Shown here in pieces: positions 27,700-37,160 of a stretch of DNA of 64,000 nt. The translations under genes were made by a program, and so were the position numbers. The DNA comes from Calditrichia bacterium (lineage in GTDB: Bacteria > Calditrichota > Calditrichia > RBG-13-44-9 > J075). How positions within the stretch are numbered: position 1 is the first letter of the stretch; each line of letters opens with the position of its first letter. The stretch is from positions 42,076 through 106,075 of the forward strand of contig JBOEGD010000022.1 of assembly GCA_050633245.1 (NCBI GenBank), read 5' to 3'. The notes below the pieces were generated by a model that did not search any database, was not told the origin of the DNA, and saw only the letters and a program-made list of their open reading frames with translations.

Positions 27700-28344
27700 A
27701 TGGATAAAGAAACGTTTAAAAAGTTGCGAAAAGAATATACCGCCGGAGAATTGAGCGAGAACACGGTGAAAATTAATCCGTTTGACCAGTTTACAGTCTG
27801 GTTTAATGAAATGCTGCAAACAACGGTGCCCGAACCCAATGCGATGATGCTCGCAACAGCAGATTTAGATGGCAATGTTTCTGCCCGCATCGTTTTATTG
27901 AAGGCTTTTTCTGAGGCGGGTTTGACTTTTTATACAAATTACAGTAGCCGAAAAGGACAGCAGTTACAGGCTAATCCAAAAGCAGCATTACTATTCTATT
28001 GGGGAGACTTACAGCGACAGGTTCGCCTGGAGGGACAAATTACAAAGTTGAGCCGTGAGGATTCTCAGGGCTATTTTCGCAGCCGCCCAGTTGAAAGTCA
28101 GCTCGGCGCAGTAGCCTCCTCACAAAGTGAGGAGCTCGACGATAGAGAAACACTTGAAATACATTTGCAGAAGTTGCGGAAAGAATTCTCAGGTAAAGAC
28201 ATTCCCCTGCCTGAAACTTGGGGTGGCTATATCCTGCAACCTGACTATTTTGAGTTTTGGCAGGGGAGAAAAAACCGCCTGCACGACCGGATATATTACC
28301 GTTTGATTGAAGATCAATGGCAAATCGGACGTCTCTATCCTTAA
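27700..28344 (+). CDS. pdxH: Pyridoxine/pyridoxamine 5'-phosphate oxidase
   Basis: LRKEY, EPNAM.LAT, ARIVLLK, FYTNYSSRKG, WGGY, EFWQGR.NRLHDR. Confidence 0.97.
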   Translation: MDKETFKKLRKEYTAGELSENTVKINPFDQFTVWFNEMLQTTVPEPNAMMLATADLDGNVSARIVLLKAFSEAGLTFYTNYSSRKGQQLQANPKAALLFYWGDLQRQVRLEGQITKLSREDSQGYFRSRPVESQLGAVASSQSEELDDRETLEIHLQKLRKEFSGKDIPLPETWGGYILQPDYFEFWQGRKNRLHDRIYYRLIEDQWQIGRLYP

Positions 28345-28467
28345 GATTTAAGACACGAAAGATGAATCTTCTTCAGGCCCCGGAGTTTGTTTCGCTTATT
28401 AGTTAAGAATTTTATGTTTGTTTCGACAATGACAATGCAGGACGCAATGATTGCCTTGGGAGATAAA

Positions 28468-29664
28468 ATGAAAATTCTGATAGCTGAAGACGAGAGCGTA
28501 TCACGCTCCTTATTAATGCGCACGCTTGAAAAATGGGGCTATGAAGTCATCGCTACAGAGGATGGCGCAGCTGCTCTGGAGGCTTTTCAAAAAGAAAAGT
28601 TTTCGATTGTAATCACAGACTGGATGATGCCAAAAATGGATGGTATTGAACTGGTTAGAAATATTCGCAGCCTAGATTGTTCAGATTACGTCTATGTAAT
28701 TATGCTTACCGCAAAGTCAGATAAGGAAGATTTAGTTGAAGGTATGAATGCCGGGGCCGACGACTTTGTCTCCAAACCGTTCGACAAAGATGAACTGCGA
28801 GTCCGCATTAGTGCCGGTAAACGGGTTATCGGACTTGAAAAAGACCTGTCTAAACGCAACAAAGATCTTGAAGATGCAAATCAGCGTATGCGAGTAGATC
28901 TCGAAGCAGCCGCTCAGATACAGAAAGCACTGCTTCCCGACAGCGCCCCGGAAACGGATGAGGTGCAGATCGCATGGAAGTTTTTTCCCTGTGATGAACT
29001 TGCCGGAGATATTCTTAATGTGTTTAAGCTGTCTGAAAAAGAACTGGGCTTTTATGTGCTCGATGTGAGCGGACACGGAGTGCCTGCAGCCTTGTTAGCC
29101 GTTACGCTGAGCAGAATGCTTTCTCCTGTAGCAGATGAAGCATCTCTCTTGTACTCGACGAACGGCACGCCGGGAAAAGCCGTGCGCCCTCCGCTTGATG
29201 TGGCCACTCAACTCAATAAACGATTTCAGGTAGATGCGCAACATGGGCAATATTTCACGTTCTTATACGGAATGTATGATAGAGAGAATCGAAAAATTCG
29301 CTATGTCTCTGCAGGGCATCCCGGAGTGGTATTCGCTTCGAAGGAAACCGGTGTAAAAATTCTGGAAGTGCCTTCCCTTCCAATAGGATTTATGGAAGAA
29401 ACCATCTACGAAGAAGCAATTATCGATATGAAGCCGGGAGATCGAATCTATATTTATTCCGACGGCATCCCCGAGGCTGAAGGAGCCGAAAGCGAACTCT
29501 TTGGCAAAGAGCGAATGATAAGTTCGTTGAATAAAACACTTGATATGACCATTGAAGAAAGCCTTGATGTATTATTAGCTGATGTGGAAAGCTTTACCGT
29601 TGCCGACACGTTTCGAGACGATGTTTCGCTTCTTGGTATAGAAATAAAAGAACTAGATGAATAA
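28468..29664 (+). CDS. Response regulator receiver plus PP2C/SpoIIE phosphatase (RsbU-like)
   Basis: ILIAED..TDWMMP..GADDFVSKP receiver; GD, DVSGHG, AGH, YSDGI and DD phosphatase motifs. Confidence 0.92.
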   Translation: MKILIAEDESVSRSLLMRTLEKWGYEVIATEDGAAALEAFQKEKFSIVITDWMMPKMDGIELVRNIRSLDCSDYVYVIMLTAKSDKEDLVEGMNAGADDFVSKPFDKDELRVRISAGKRVIGLEKDLSKRNKDLEDANQRMRVDLEAAAQIQKALLPDSAPETDEVQIAWKFFPCDELAGDILNVFKLSEKELGFYVLDVSGHGVPAALLAVTLSRMLSPVADEASLLYSTNGTPGKAVRPPLDVATQLNKRFQVDAQHGQYFTFLYGMYDRENRKIRYVSAGHPGVVFASKETGVKILEVPSLPIGFMEETIYEEAIIDMKPGDRIYIYSDGIPEAEGAESELFGKERMISSLNKTLDMTIEESLDVLLADVESFTVADTFRDDVSLLGIEIKELDE

Positions 29665-29681
29665 GTAAGGATGACTATATA

Positions 29682-31247
29682 ATGAGTATATCAGAAAGGG
29701 TAGATACAAACGTGTTCACTGAAAGCGACCTTCGTCAGTTTGCCGCCCGCGGTATCGACCCGGATGTTGTTTCCAGCCAGCTCAAGACGTTTGAGAAAGG
29801 TATTCCTTTTGCCGCCCTTCTCCGTAGTTGTACTCCCGGTGATGGTATCGTCGAGCTGCAGCAGGAGGACCTGAAACGCTATGAAAAAGAATTTGCTGCA
29901 GTTGTTGCGGAGGGTCGCGTGCAAAAATTTGTTCCTGCTTCTGGTGCAGCCAGCCGTATGTTTAGGCAGCTGCTTGCAAGCTATGAACAATTACTTATGC
30001 CTGATGAAAATAATGCCTCCGATGATCTTCAAAAGCTACACACTTTCATTGAAAAGCTCCCTGAGTTTGCCTTCTATGATGTATTGAAAGCGCGTATTGA
30101 TGCAACGGGTGAAACGCTTGAGAATCTGCTTGAAAAAAAAGCCTATCATAAAATACTTGCCGCCCTGTTGGACAAGGAAGGCCTGGACTATCGCAATTTG
30201 CCCAAGGGAATGGTTGCATTTCACACCTATAAAGATGGTACTACACGAAACCCGATTGAAGAACATCTTGTTGAAGCGGTTGAATATGCCCGTGCAAGTG
30301 ATGGAACCACACGCCTTCACTTCACAGTTCCCGCCGTGCATCTGGAAACGATTCGCAGCTGTGTTAACGAATTTGCTGCCAACTATGATGATGTTAACTT
30401 TCTGGTTACTTATTCGATTCAAAAACCGTCTACAGATACAATTGCGGTTGACTCCGAAAATCGTCCCTTTCGCAATCCTGATGGTATGCTTCTTTTTCGT
30501 CCCGGTGGACATGGTGCATTGCTCGAAAATTTGAATGATCTTAAAGGGGATGTTGTCTTCATCAAAAACATAGACAATGTCGTTCCAGATCATCTAAAGG
30601 CGGATACCTACCGCTACAAAAAAGCTCTCGGTGGATACCTTGCAAATTTACAGGCTGAGATGTTCGGTTATCTTCACCGTCTGGAAGAAAACGAGGTATC
30701 TGAAGCCGAATGCACTGGTATTCAGCTGTTTGCCGAGCAGAAATTGGGAATAACCTTTCCAGAAGACTTTTCTACTCTTGCTCACAATGAAAAATGCAAT
30801 CAGCTTTTTTCGCGTCTTAATCGTCCGCTTCGCATTTGCGGAATGGTGCGTAATGAAGGGGAACCTGGTGGTGGGCCGTTTTGGATTCGAGATTCTCACG
30901 GTGATATTACCGCGCAAATTGTAGAGTCTTCACAGATTGACATAAGCGATACTACGCAGTTAGAGATTGTTCAAAGCTCTACCCACTTTAACCCGGTAGA
31001 CCTGATCTGTGGCGTTCGAAACTACCGCGGTAAGCTATTTCACCTGCCTCAATTTGCCGACCCGACAACCGGCTTTATTTCAAAGAAATCGAAAAGTGGC
31101 AGAGAGCTTAAGGCATTAGAGCTTCCGGGGCTTTGGAACGGTGCCATGGCTTTTTGGAATACGGTTTTTGTAGAAGTGCCAATTTCTACCTTCAGTCCGG
31201 TGAAAACGGTGTTCGACTTGCTTAGGGCGACACACCAGCCTGAATAA
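29682..31247 (+). CDS. DUF4301 family protein
   Basis: KFVPASGAASRMF, QKPSTDTIAV, FRPGGHGAL, FIKNIDNV, GEPGGGPFW, LPGLWNG, F.PVKTV. Confidence 0.9.
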   Translation: MSISERVDTNVFTESDLRQFAARGIDPDVVSSQLKTFEKGIPFAALLRSCTPGDGIVELQQEDLKRYEKEFAAVVAEGRVQKFVPASGAASRMFRQLLASYEQLLMPDENNASDDLQKLHTFIEKLPEFAFYDVLKARIDATGETLENLLEKKAYHKILAALLDKEGLDYRNLPKGMVAFHTYKDGTTRNPIEEHLVEAVEYARASDGTTRLHFTVPAVHLETIRSCVNEFAANYDDVNFLVTYSIQKPSTDTIAVDSENRPFRNPDGMLLFRPGGHGALLENLNDLKGDVVFIKNIDNVVPDHLKADTYRYKKALGGYLANLQAEMFGYLHRLEENEVSEAECTGIQLFAEQKLGITFPEDFSTLAHNEKCNQLFSRLNRPLRICGMVRNEGEPGGGPFWIRDSHGDITAQIVESSQIDISDTTQLEIVQSSTHFNPVDLICGVRNYRGKLFHLPQFADPTTGFISKKSKSGRELKALELPGLWNGAMAFWNTVFVEVPISTFSPVKTVFDLLRATHQPE

Positions 31248-31267
31248 TTACCTTTCACAGAATGAAC

Positions 31268-31317
31268 ATGTAAAGATGTTGCACGAATCTACCGGATTAG
31301 GTGCGACATCTTTGCAT
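31268..31317. repeat. Long imperfect inverted repeat (REP-like or terminator)
   Basis: ATGTAAAGATGTTGCAC...GTGCGACATCTTTGCAT, 17-bp arms with G-U pairs, directly after the DUF4301 gene. Confidence 0.65.
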
Positions 31318-31457
31318 ACTCGCGCAAATTGTTCGCAGTTCCTTTCCGCAAACCCTCTGCAATTTCCTATCAAACTGTAACAAAAATAACGGTTTTGGGG
31401 CGCTAATAGAACGGATCTTACTTCCATAAAGCTTCTTTCGAGAAAAAAATGAACTTC

Positions 31458-31472
31458 TGGCAAACTGTTTGC
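31458..31472 (+). promoter_or_regulatory. Putative sigma54 promoter of the lipoprotein-barrel pair
   Basis: TGGCAAACTGTTTGC, canonical GG-N10-GC spacing, about 100 bp upstream of the ATG at 31576. Confidence 0.5.
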
Positions 31473-31575
31473 CTATAATACATATCTGAATTATGTTCCA
31501 TTTTTGCTCCGAGTCTGAGGAGGCTCTCACTGTAAGCTGTTAACCGTGTCTTTATTACCAATAGGATCCAACTTT

Positions 31576-33681
31576 ATGATGCGACTGAAAACTGCGTTGC
31601 CACTATTATTGGCAGCGATATTGTTATTTGTAGCCTGCGAACTAAAAGAACCTGTATTGCCAACCTATCGCCTTAATGCTTCTCTTCCATTTGCAATTGA
31701 GAACTTTATCCTTGGTGAAGAAATTAAAACCAATGAGAATGTTACAATTGAGTCTGTCGGACCAGATTCAATATTAAGTGTGGCGATTAACGGCGATATC
31801 GAGCGCGTTGAAATTATGCCTGAAGATTTTAGTTTGGCTCCGGTTGATAGTAGCGGGGAATTCTCACTGGGCGATATTCGCCTCGATAGTCTGGGCACGC
31901 TGCAATTAGCCTCAATACCGCTTGGCCAGATCTGGCCTGAGCTAAATAGCCTGATTGGCTTAACAATTACTATTCCCGATACTACCATTGGCGGACTTTC
32001 TGCACTCGTTCAATCCGAGGTATTTGAAAGTATCAGCTTTCTTAGCGGAACTGCAAGAGTTCGGGTGATCAATGATTTACCGTTTACCATCGGCCCCAAC
32101 AACTCCAGTAATGGTTTGGAGGCTACTGTTCGCAGCGAGAATCAGCCCGGTGGCGACCAGGTTCAGGTGCTTTTTGCCGACCCCATACCTGCCGGTCAAA
32201 CCCGAGAAGCAACGGAGGACGTTGCCGGCAAGACGCTGGAAATACCACTGCGAGCACTATACAATTTCCCGGTTGTCGGACCGTTCCAACTGGAAATTAC
32301 TCAGGACTTGCTGGACAATCGCGGCATCGTTCTGGAAATAGAGATCGAAAATGTGCAGGCCAATGAAGTGCGAGCCCGTTTGGAATCTCAAGCACTTGAT
32401 GATACCATTAGCATTGGGTACGACGACGAAACTCGATTGCGCGAAGCCGTCGTGAACCGCGGACGCTTCTTCTTAAACTTCGATAGCTTCCTGCCGCTTG
32501 ACGCAGATGTGGATTATGTAATTCCTGCGATACTCGACGCGCAGGGGCAACCATTTCGAGAAAACTTGTTTATCGATGCAAACGGTAGTCAAAGCCGTGA
32601 GATTGTACTCGATGGGTTTCGCATTGTCAATCCGGATGCACCGGGCGAATTGATCGATAGCCTTCAAGTGATTCTTGTCGGGCAGACGCTTGCTGCGTCG
32701 GAAGTTGTGAGTGTAACGAACAGAGATAGTATTACGATAACAATAATGAGCGATAGCCTGTTTTTCGATTCGTTCTCCGGCTTTATATCGGAAAATGAGC
32801 TGGAGATAGATCCATTTGGCGAAGGTGATTTGGTAGACTATGAAGATTTTGCAGAAGGTGGAATTGAGCTCGCAGCTGCCGAACTGATTCTGTCGATTCA
32901 AACGGATGTCTTTATTCAAAACCTTGAAGCTGATGTAGATTTGCGTGGCTATCATAGCGATGAGAATGGACAAATAACCGACTCTGCGCGAATTCTGATT
33001 ACCAATCAAGTTTTTACTGCCGGCAATGGTAGTGGGGGTATTGGTGAGACGGATATCGTACTAAACGGTCAGGATATCGTCGATTTTATAAATATTCTTC
33101 CGGACAGCATTCTTATCTTTGGTGTTGTGCGCGGAAGTGGTAATGCGAATGTTCAGGTCGGTAATTCTATTGAAGCGAGTTATCGCTTCGAAACACCTAT
33201 TCGTGCTCGCATAAATGGGCTGGCTGCCTTCGAATCTGATATTGATAGCATTACTTCAGAAAATATTACTGACGATCTGCAGGATGCCGCAGAGGAAGAT
33301 ATCCTTGATGCTTTTCTAACGCTGAATGTCCGCAACCGCACGCCAATTAGCGGTACATTGGACCTGGTCGTAACCGCAGATATCAGTGAAGAAAACCTGT
33401 ATGACGGTGTAGCTGATACATCATTGGCAATTATTCGACAGATGTCGCTCGATAAAGCTACTATCGATCCACAAACCGGCTTCGCGACAAATGTCTTTTC
33501 CACAAGTTTGAATTTCCGATTAAATCGACGTGAAATACAACTTCTGGGTAACCCTCCGCTACGCTATGGATATCGCGTTAAACTGGATGACACGGGTGGG
33601 TTTGTTACGTTGCGATATAGCGACTTTGTAACAGCCTCCGGCAGCGTTGGTGTAGAAATTCTTATTAAAGAAACAGAGTAA
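31576..33681 (+). CDS. Large acidic beta-rich hypothetical lipoprotein
   Basis: Lipobox LFVAC; about 700 aa with recurring N.LP.-type beta segments; no family recognised. Confidence 0.75.
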   Translation: MMRLKTALPLLLAAILLFVACELKEPVLPTYRLNASLPFAIENFILGEEIKTNENVTIESVGPDSILSVAINGDIERVEIMPEDFSLAPVDSSGEFSLGDIRLDSLGTLQLASIPLGQIWPELNSLIGLTITIPDTTIGGLSALVQSEVFESISFLSGTARVRVINDLPFTIGPNNSSNGLEATVRSENQPGGDQVQVLFADPIPAGQTREATEDVAGKTLEIPLRALYNFPVVGPFQLEITQDLLDNRGIVLEIEIENVQANEVRARLESQALDDTISIGYDDETRLREAVVNRGRFFLNFDSFLPLDADVDYVIPAILDAQGQPFRENLFIDANGSQSREIVLDGFRIVNPDAPGELIDSLQVILVGQTLAASEVVSVTNRDSITITIMSDSLFFDSFSGFISENELEIDPFGEGDLVDYEDFAEGGIELAAAELILSIQTDVFIQNLEADVDLRGYHSDENGQITDSARILITNQVFTAGNGSGGIGETDIVLNGQDIVDFINILPDSILIFGVVRGSGNANVQVGNSIEASYRFETPIRARINGLAAFESDIDSITSENITDDLQDAAEEDILDAFLTLNVRNRTPISGTLDLVVTADISEENLYDGVADTSLAIIRQMSLDKATIDPQTGFATNVFSTSLNFRLNRREIQLLGNPPLRYGYRVKLDDTGGFVTLRYSDFVTASGSVGVEILIKETE

Positions 33682-33736
33682 AACTTTACATTGCCTTGCA
33701 CACTAAATACGAATACTTACTTTTTGCGGATAGAAC

Positions 33737-35023
33737 ATGACACGAACCTGTATTTTACTTTTCTCGCTCCTTATTTGTGCCAACGGTCTGCTTGCTCAGC
33801 AACAAATCGATGCTCGTGCAGCAGGAATGGCATTTAGTACTGCTGCTTCTGCACGTGGCTTGAGCAGCGTTGGTGTAAATCCGGCGGCCCTTGGATTAAA
33901 AACGCCATATAACTATGAACTGAATCTTTTTTCCGGCATTGGTGGCTTTAACAATAATAGCTTTACCAAAGATCAATACGATCGCTATTTCACGACAGGT
34001 GATGAGCTGTTCGATGCAGATATTGAAGACATTTTGAATAGTATCGACGAAGAGGGAGTGCGTGCCGATGTCGATGGCCGTGCTACAGCTTTGGCCATTT
34101 ATGCCGGCAACATTAGCCTGTCTTTTTTTGCGCAGGGAACGGGCTACCTGAATATTCCCAAAGCTGCGTTTGAGTTGCCGCTGCAGGGAAACAGCGGTAC
34201 TGGCCGGGTATACGACTTTGATAATGCTGATGGAAACGGTTGGATTGGCTTCGGTATGAAAATGGGTGGCGGACTACCTTTGCCAGTTGAAAATGTTAGC
34301 TGGTTGGATGAAATGGCGCTCGGCTTAAATCTGACTCTTTTCTCTGCTGAAGAATATGGCGGTATCGAAAAGGGAACTGGTAGACTCGAAGACTATGATT
34401 TGACAAATAATCAGCCCTTTATAAATGTTGATGCAGAGTTAAATACCCGAGAGTCTGCTGGTGGCAGAGGACTTGGGGTAGACGCCGGGTTTATTATGGT
34501 GGTATCGAAAAAGCTGACTTTTGGTGTGGCATTGAACAATGCTTTTTCGCAGGTAAGCTGGACAGAGCGCAATGAAAAGCGAATTTTTATACTCTCGGCC
34601 GATAGCCTGAGTTTGCCTAACCGGGTTTCTGATAGTCTGGTAACACAGACTGACTCAACCTTCCTTATTGACGATTTCGATACCAATTTGCCTCGCGTAT
34701 TGGACGTTGCTTTGGGATTTCAGCCAAATGAAAAAGTGAATCTTTCGGTAGAATACGAGCAGGGGTTTGATAAAAACATGGGCGGAACGAAAAAACCGCG
34801 TCTTGGAATTGGTGTTGAGGTTTGCCCGATAAAACAGGTGCCGTTACGGGCGGGCCTTAGCATGGGCGGTAAAACAGGAACTTCATTGGCGCTTGGCCTT
34901 GGCCTGGATCTAAAGTATTGGATTTTGGATGTCGCGTTCCTAAACCATGCCGGTAGCGTGTTGATTCCATCGAAAGAGAGCAAAGGGATTACGTTGGCTG
35001 CTACTACACGTTTCCGTTTTTAG
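33737..35023 (+). CDS. Outer-membrane beta-barrel (FadL/PorV-like fold, DUF5723-like)
   Basis: Signal peptide, DARAAGMA...NPAALG hatch motif, LPR, PLRAG, C-terminal RFRF. Confidence 0.75.
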   Translation: MTRTCILLFSLLICANGLLAQQQIDARAAGMAFSTAASARGLSSVGVNPAALGLKTPYNYELNLFSGIGGFNNNSFTKDQYDRYFTTGDELFDADIEDILNSIDEEGVRADVDGRATALAIYAGNISLSFFAQGTGYLNIPKAAFELPLQGNSGTGRVYDFDNADGNGWIGFGMKMGGGLPLPVENVSWLDEMALGLNLTLFSAEEYGGIEKGTGRLEDYDLTNNQPFINVDAELNTRESAGGRGLGVDAGFIMVVSKKLTFGVALNNAFSQVSWTERNEKRIFILSADSLSLPNRVSDSLVTQTDSTFLIDDFDTNLPRVLDVALGFQPNEKVNLSVEYEQGFDKNMGGTKKPRLGIGVEVCPIKQVPLRAGLSMGGKTGTSLALGLGLDLKYWILDVAFLNHAGSVLIPSKESKGITLAATTRFRF

Positions 35024-35033
35024 TTGGAGAAGA

Positions 35034-35059
35034 GTAACGTGGGTCAAGACCCACGTTAC
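35034..35059. terminator. Perfect hairpin between convergent genes (terminator or REP-like)
   Basis: GTAACGTGGGTC-aa-GACCCACGTTAC. Confidence 0.65.
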
Positions 35060-35086
35060 AACTTTGTGTTCTGAGGTCTGTAGTTT

Positions 35087-36931
35087 TTACTTCACCAGCA
35101 TCATCTTCTGCGTTTGCACATTGCCGTTCATGCTGAGCTGCGCATAATAAACGCCGCTTGTTGCAACGACACCGTTGGCGCCAGAACCATTCCACTCAAC
35201 TTTATAGCTTCCTGCTGCCAGGCGCTCATTCACCAGCGTGAGGACTTTCTGTCCCAAGCTGTTGAAAATAGTCAGTGTTACCGGACTATTCAGATTGTTA
35301 TCTGCCGGAACGTCGAAGCGTAGCGTCGTGCTTGGGTTAAACGGGTTCGGATAATTGCTGTGCAGTGCCAGCGTTTTGATAAGTCCGCCTTCAATCGGCT
35401 CAACACCGAGAACCACATCAACATCACCAAGATCACGCGGGAGAATCTGATAGCCTTCGGTGTAGGGAGGAGAATTGTCGAACTGTGTCAGGATTCCCTG
35501 TACATTCACCGGCCATGCTGGCTCGGCAGACCCGTCGATGTCTGTATCGCTGTCAACGCGCAAAGTATACACGTTCGTACCTCCATCGTCGGTAATCTCA
35601 ACATTTGCATTGTTATCTACTGCCGGCCACGGATCGGCAGCGCCGGTATTGGTTACACCTGCAATTGCAACCAGCTGACCCTCTAGGCCTTCGGAATTGC
35701 CGCCATTCAAATCAGCGAGAGTTGCTGTAACCGGCCCGGGCTCGGTTGCCGCACCATTGTCGATGATGTCTGCTGTTAGATCGTTCGGGATGATTTCGCC
35801 CTTGCCGTTAAACTGCGCAATAGTTCCAATAACGGTGTAGCTATTTCCACGCGTCATCGAAAAAGTAGAGTCCAGACCAAAAGCAAAAACATTTGTTCCG
35901 CCGGTTGCATCCTGCATGTATACATCAACATTGGTTGCCGAGAACACGCCGGTAGCAACAGTCAAAACACCCGTCAGACGGGCAGACAGACCAAGATATA
36001 TCAAGTTACCGTCGGAGTCATCATCCATTGCTGTTCCGATCGGTGTCGTTCCTGCCAGAAAACCAAAGCTAGGGCTTTCATTCGATTGCGGAGCATCATC
36101 TTCAGCATAAACCTTGTAGGATACCAAATCGCTGTCGGTATACTCGCTGGCAGCAATCTCCGCAGCGTAATTGTCTGTTGAAATCTCGGTCATCGCTACT
36201 TGTTGCTCGCTGCCGCTATTAATCGTGTATCGCAATTGAACGGCGGTAACATCACTGTCATCAGTAACGGTCGCGCTAACGGTTACATTCTCGCTTGCCA
36301 GTGGAACAAACGGCATGCGGGTAATACCAGAAATCAGTGGTGGCGGATCGCCGCCCAGAACCTGACCGTGTGCTGCATTGATCGCTCCGGGAGAGATAGC
36401 TGCAACGTCGACTGCAAAATATTGATCCTGATTGCCACTGTCGAAGCCATTGGCAACACGACCTACGCTGTTGTCGGAAAAGTCTTCGGCGGTAATGGCC
36501 ATTCCGGCAGTGAAATCCGGATTGTTGCCAAGAACACCTTCGTAGGAAATTCCGTCTACAACGGTACCATTAAGCTTCAGTAATATTCCGTCAGGCGAGC
36601 CATTTTGTACCGCATTGGCAATCCAGCCGGATGGCGTAAAGTCTACATTTGCAACATTCGTAGAACCAATTACCAGAAAACCGAAACCACTCTCGTTGTC
36701 ACTTGGAATAGTCTGACCGGCAAGGTCAACAGTATTGTAAATGCTACCATTGTTTCCATTAACCAATTCCAGTGTGTAACCGGAAAGATCCGTGCCGTCC
36801 GGGCCAACCAGCTCAACGAATTCTGCTTCGTCAGTTCCCGGCTGATCATAATCAACCTCATTAATGTACACCTGAGCTGAAAGGGCTGCACTTAACATCA
36901 GCACCATCAGGCTGGTAAAGATTGTTTTCAT
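35087..36931 (-). CDS. T9SS-secreted protein: lamin-tail domain, Ig-like domain, two OB folds, type A CTD
   Basis: YINEVDYDQPGTDEAEFVEL...DLSGY LTD; YMQDATGG...GTIAQFNG and LEGQLV...GILTQF...YQILPR OB pair; SNYPNPFNPST CTD. Confidence 0.85.
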   Translation of the reverse strand: MKTIFTSLMVLMLSAALSAQVYINEVDYDQPGTDEAEFVELVGPDGTDLSGYTLELVNGNNGSIYNTVDLAGQTIPSDNESGFGFLVIGSTNVANVDFTPSGWIANAVQNGSPDGILLKLNGTVVDGISYEGVLGNNPDFTAGMAITAEDFSDNSVGRVANGFDSGNQDQYFAVDVAAISPGAINAAHGQVLGGDPPPLISGITRMPFVPLASENVTVSATVTDDSDVTAVQLRYTINSGSEQQVAMTEISTDNYAAEIAASEYTDSDLVSYKVYAEDDAPQSNESPSFGFLAGTTPIGTAMDDDSDGNLIYLGLSARLTGVLTVATGVFSATNVDVYMQDATGGTNVFAFGLDSTFSMTRGNSYTVIGTIAQFNGKGEIIPNDLTADIIDNGAATEPGPVTATLADLNGGNSEGLEGQLVAIAGVTNTGAADPWPAVDNNANVEITDDGGTNVYTLRVDSDTDIDGSAEPAWPVNVQGILTQFDNSPPYTEGYQILPRDLGDVDVVLGVEPIEGGLIKTLALHSNYPNPFNPSTTLRFDVPADNNLNSPVTLTIFNSLGQKVLTLVNERLAAGSYKVEWNGSGANGVVATSGVYYAQLSMNGNVQTQKMMLVK

Positions 36932-37160
36932 TGTTTCCTCCTAATAAATAGACAGTAATAAAAGTGAATAGTTTCGATCATTCGATTATACATACCCCTT
37001 TAGGAAGCTTAAAGAATTCAATGTCCTTTCGCAATTTGAAAATGAAACAGATCGCAGGATTCGTTATCGCGGTCTCTTTAATAAATTTCGATTTACTTCT
37101 GGTTAAACAGTGACGAACTTGTACAGAGAGAACACATTCGCAACGGCTGAGAGTTCGCCT

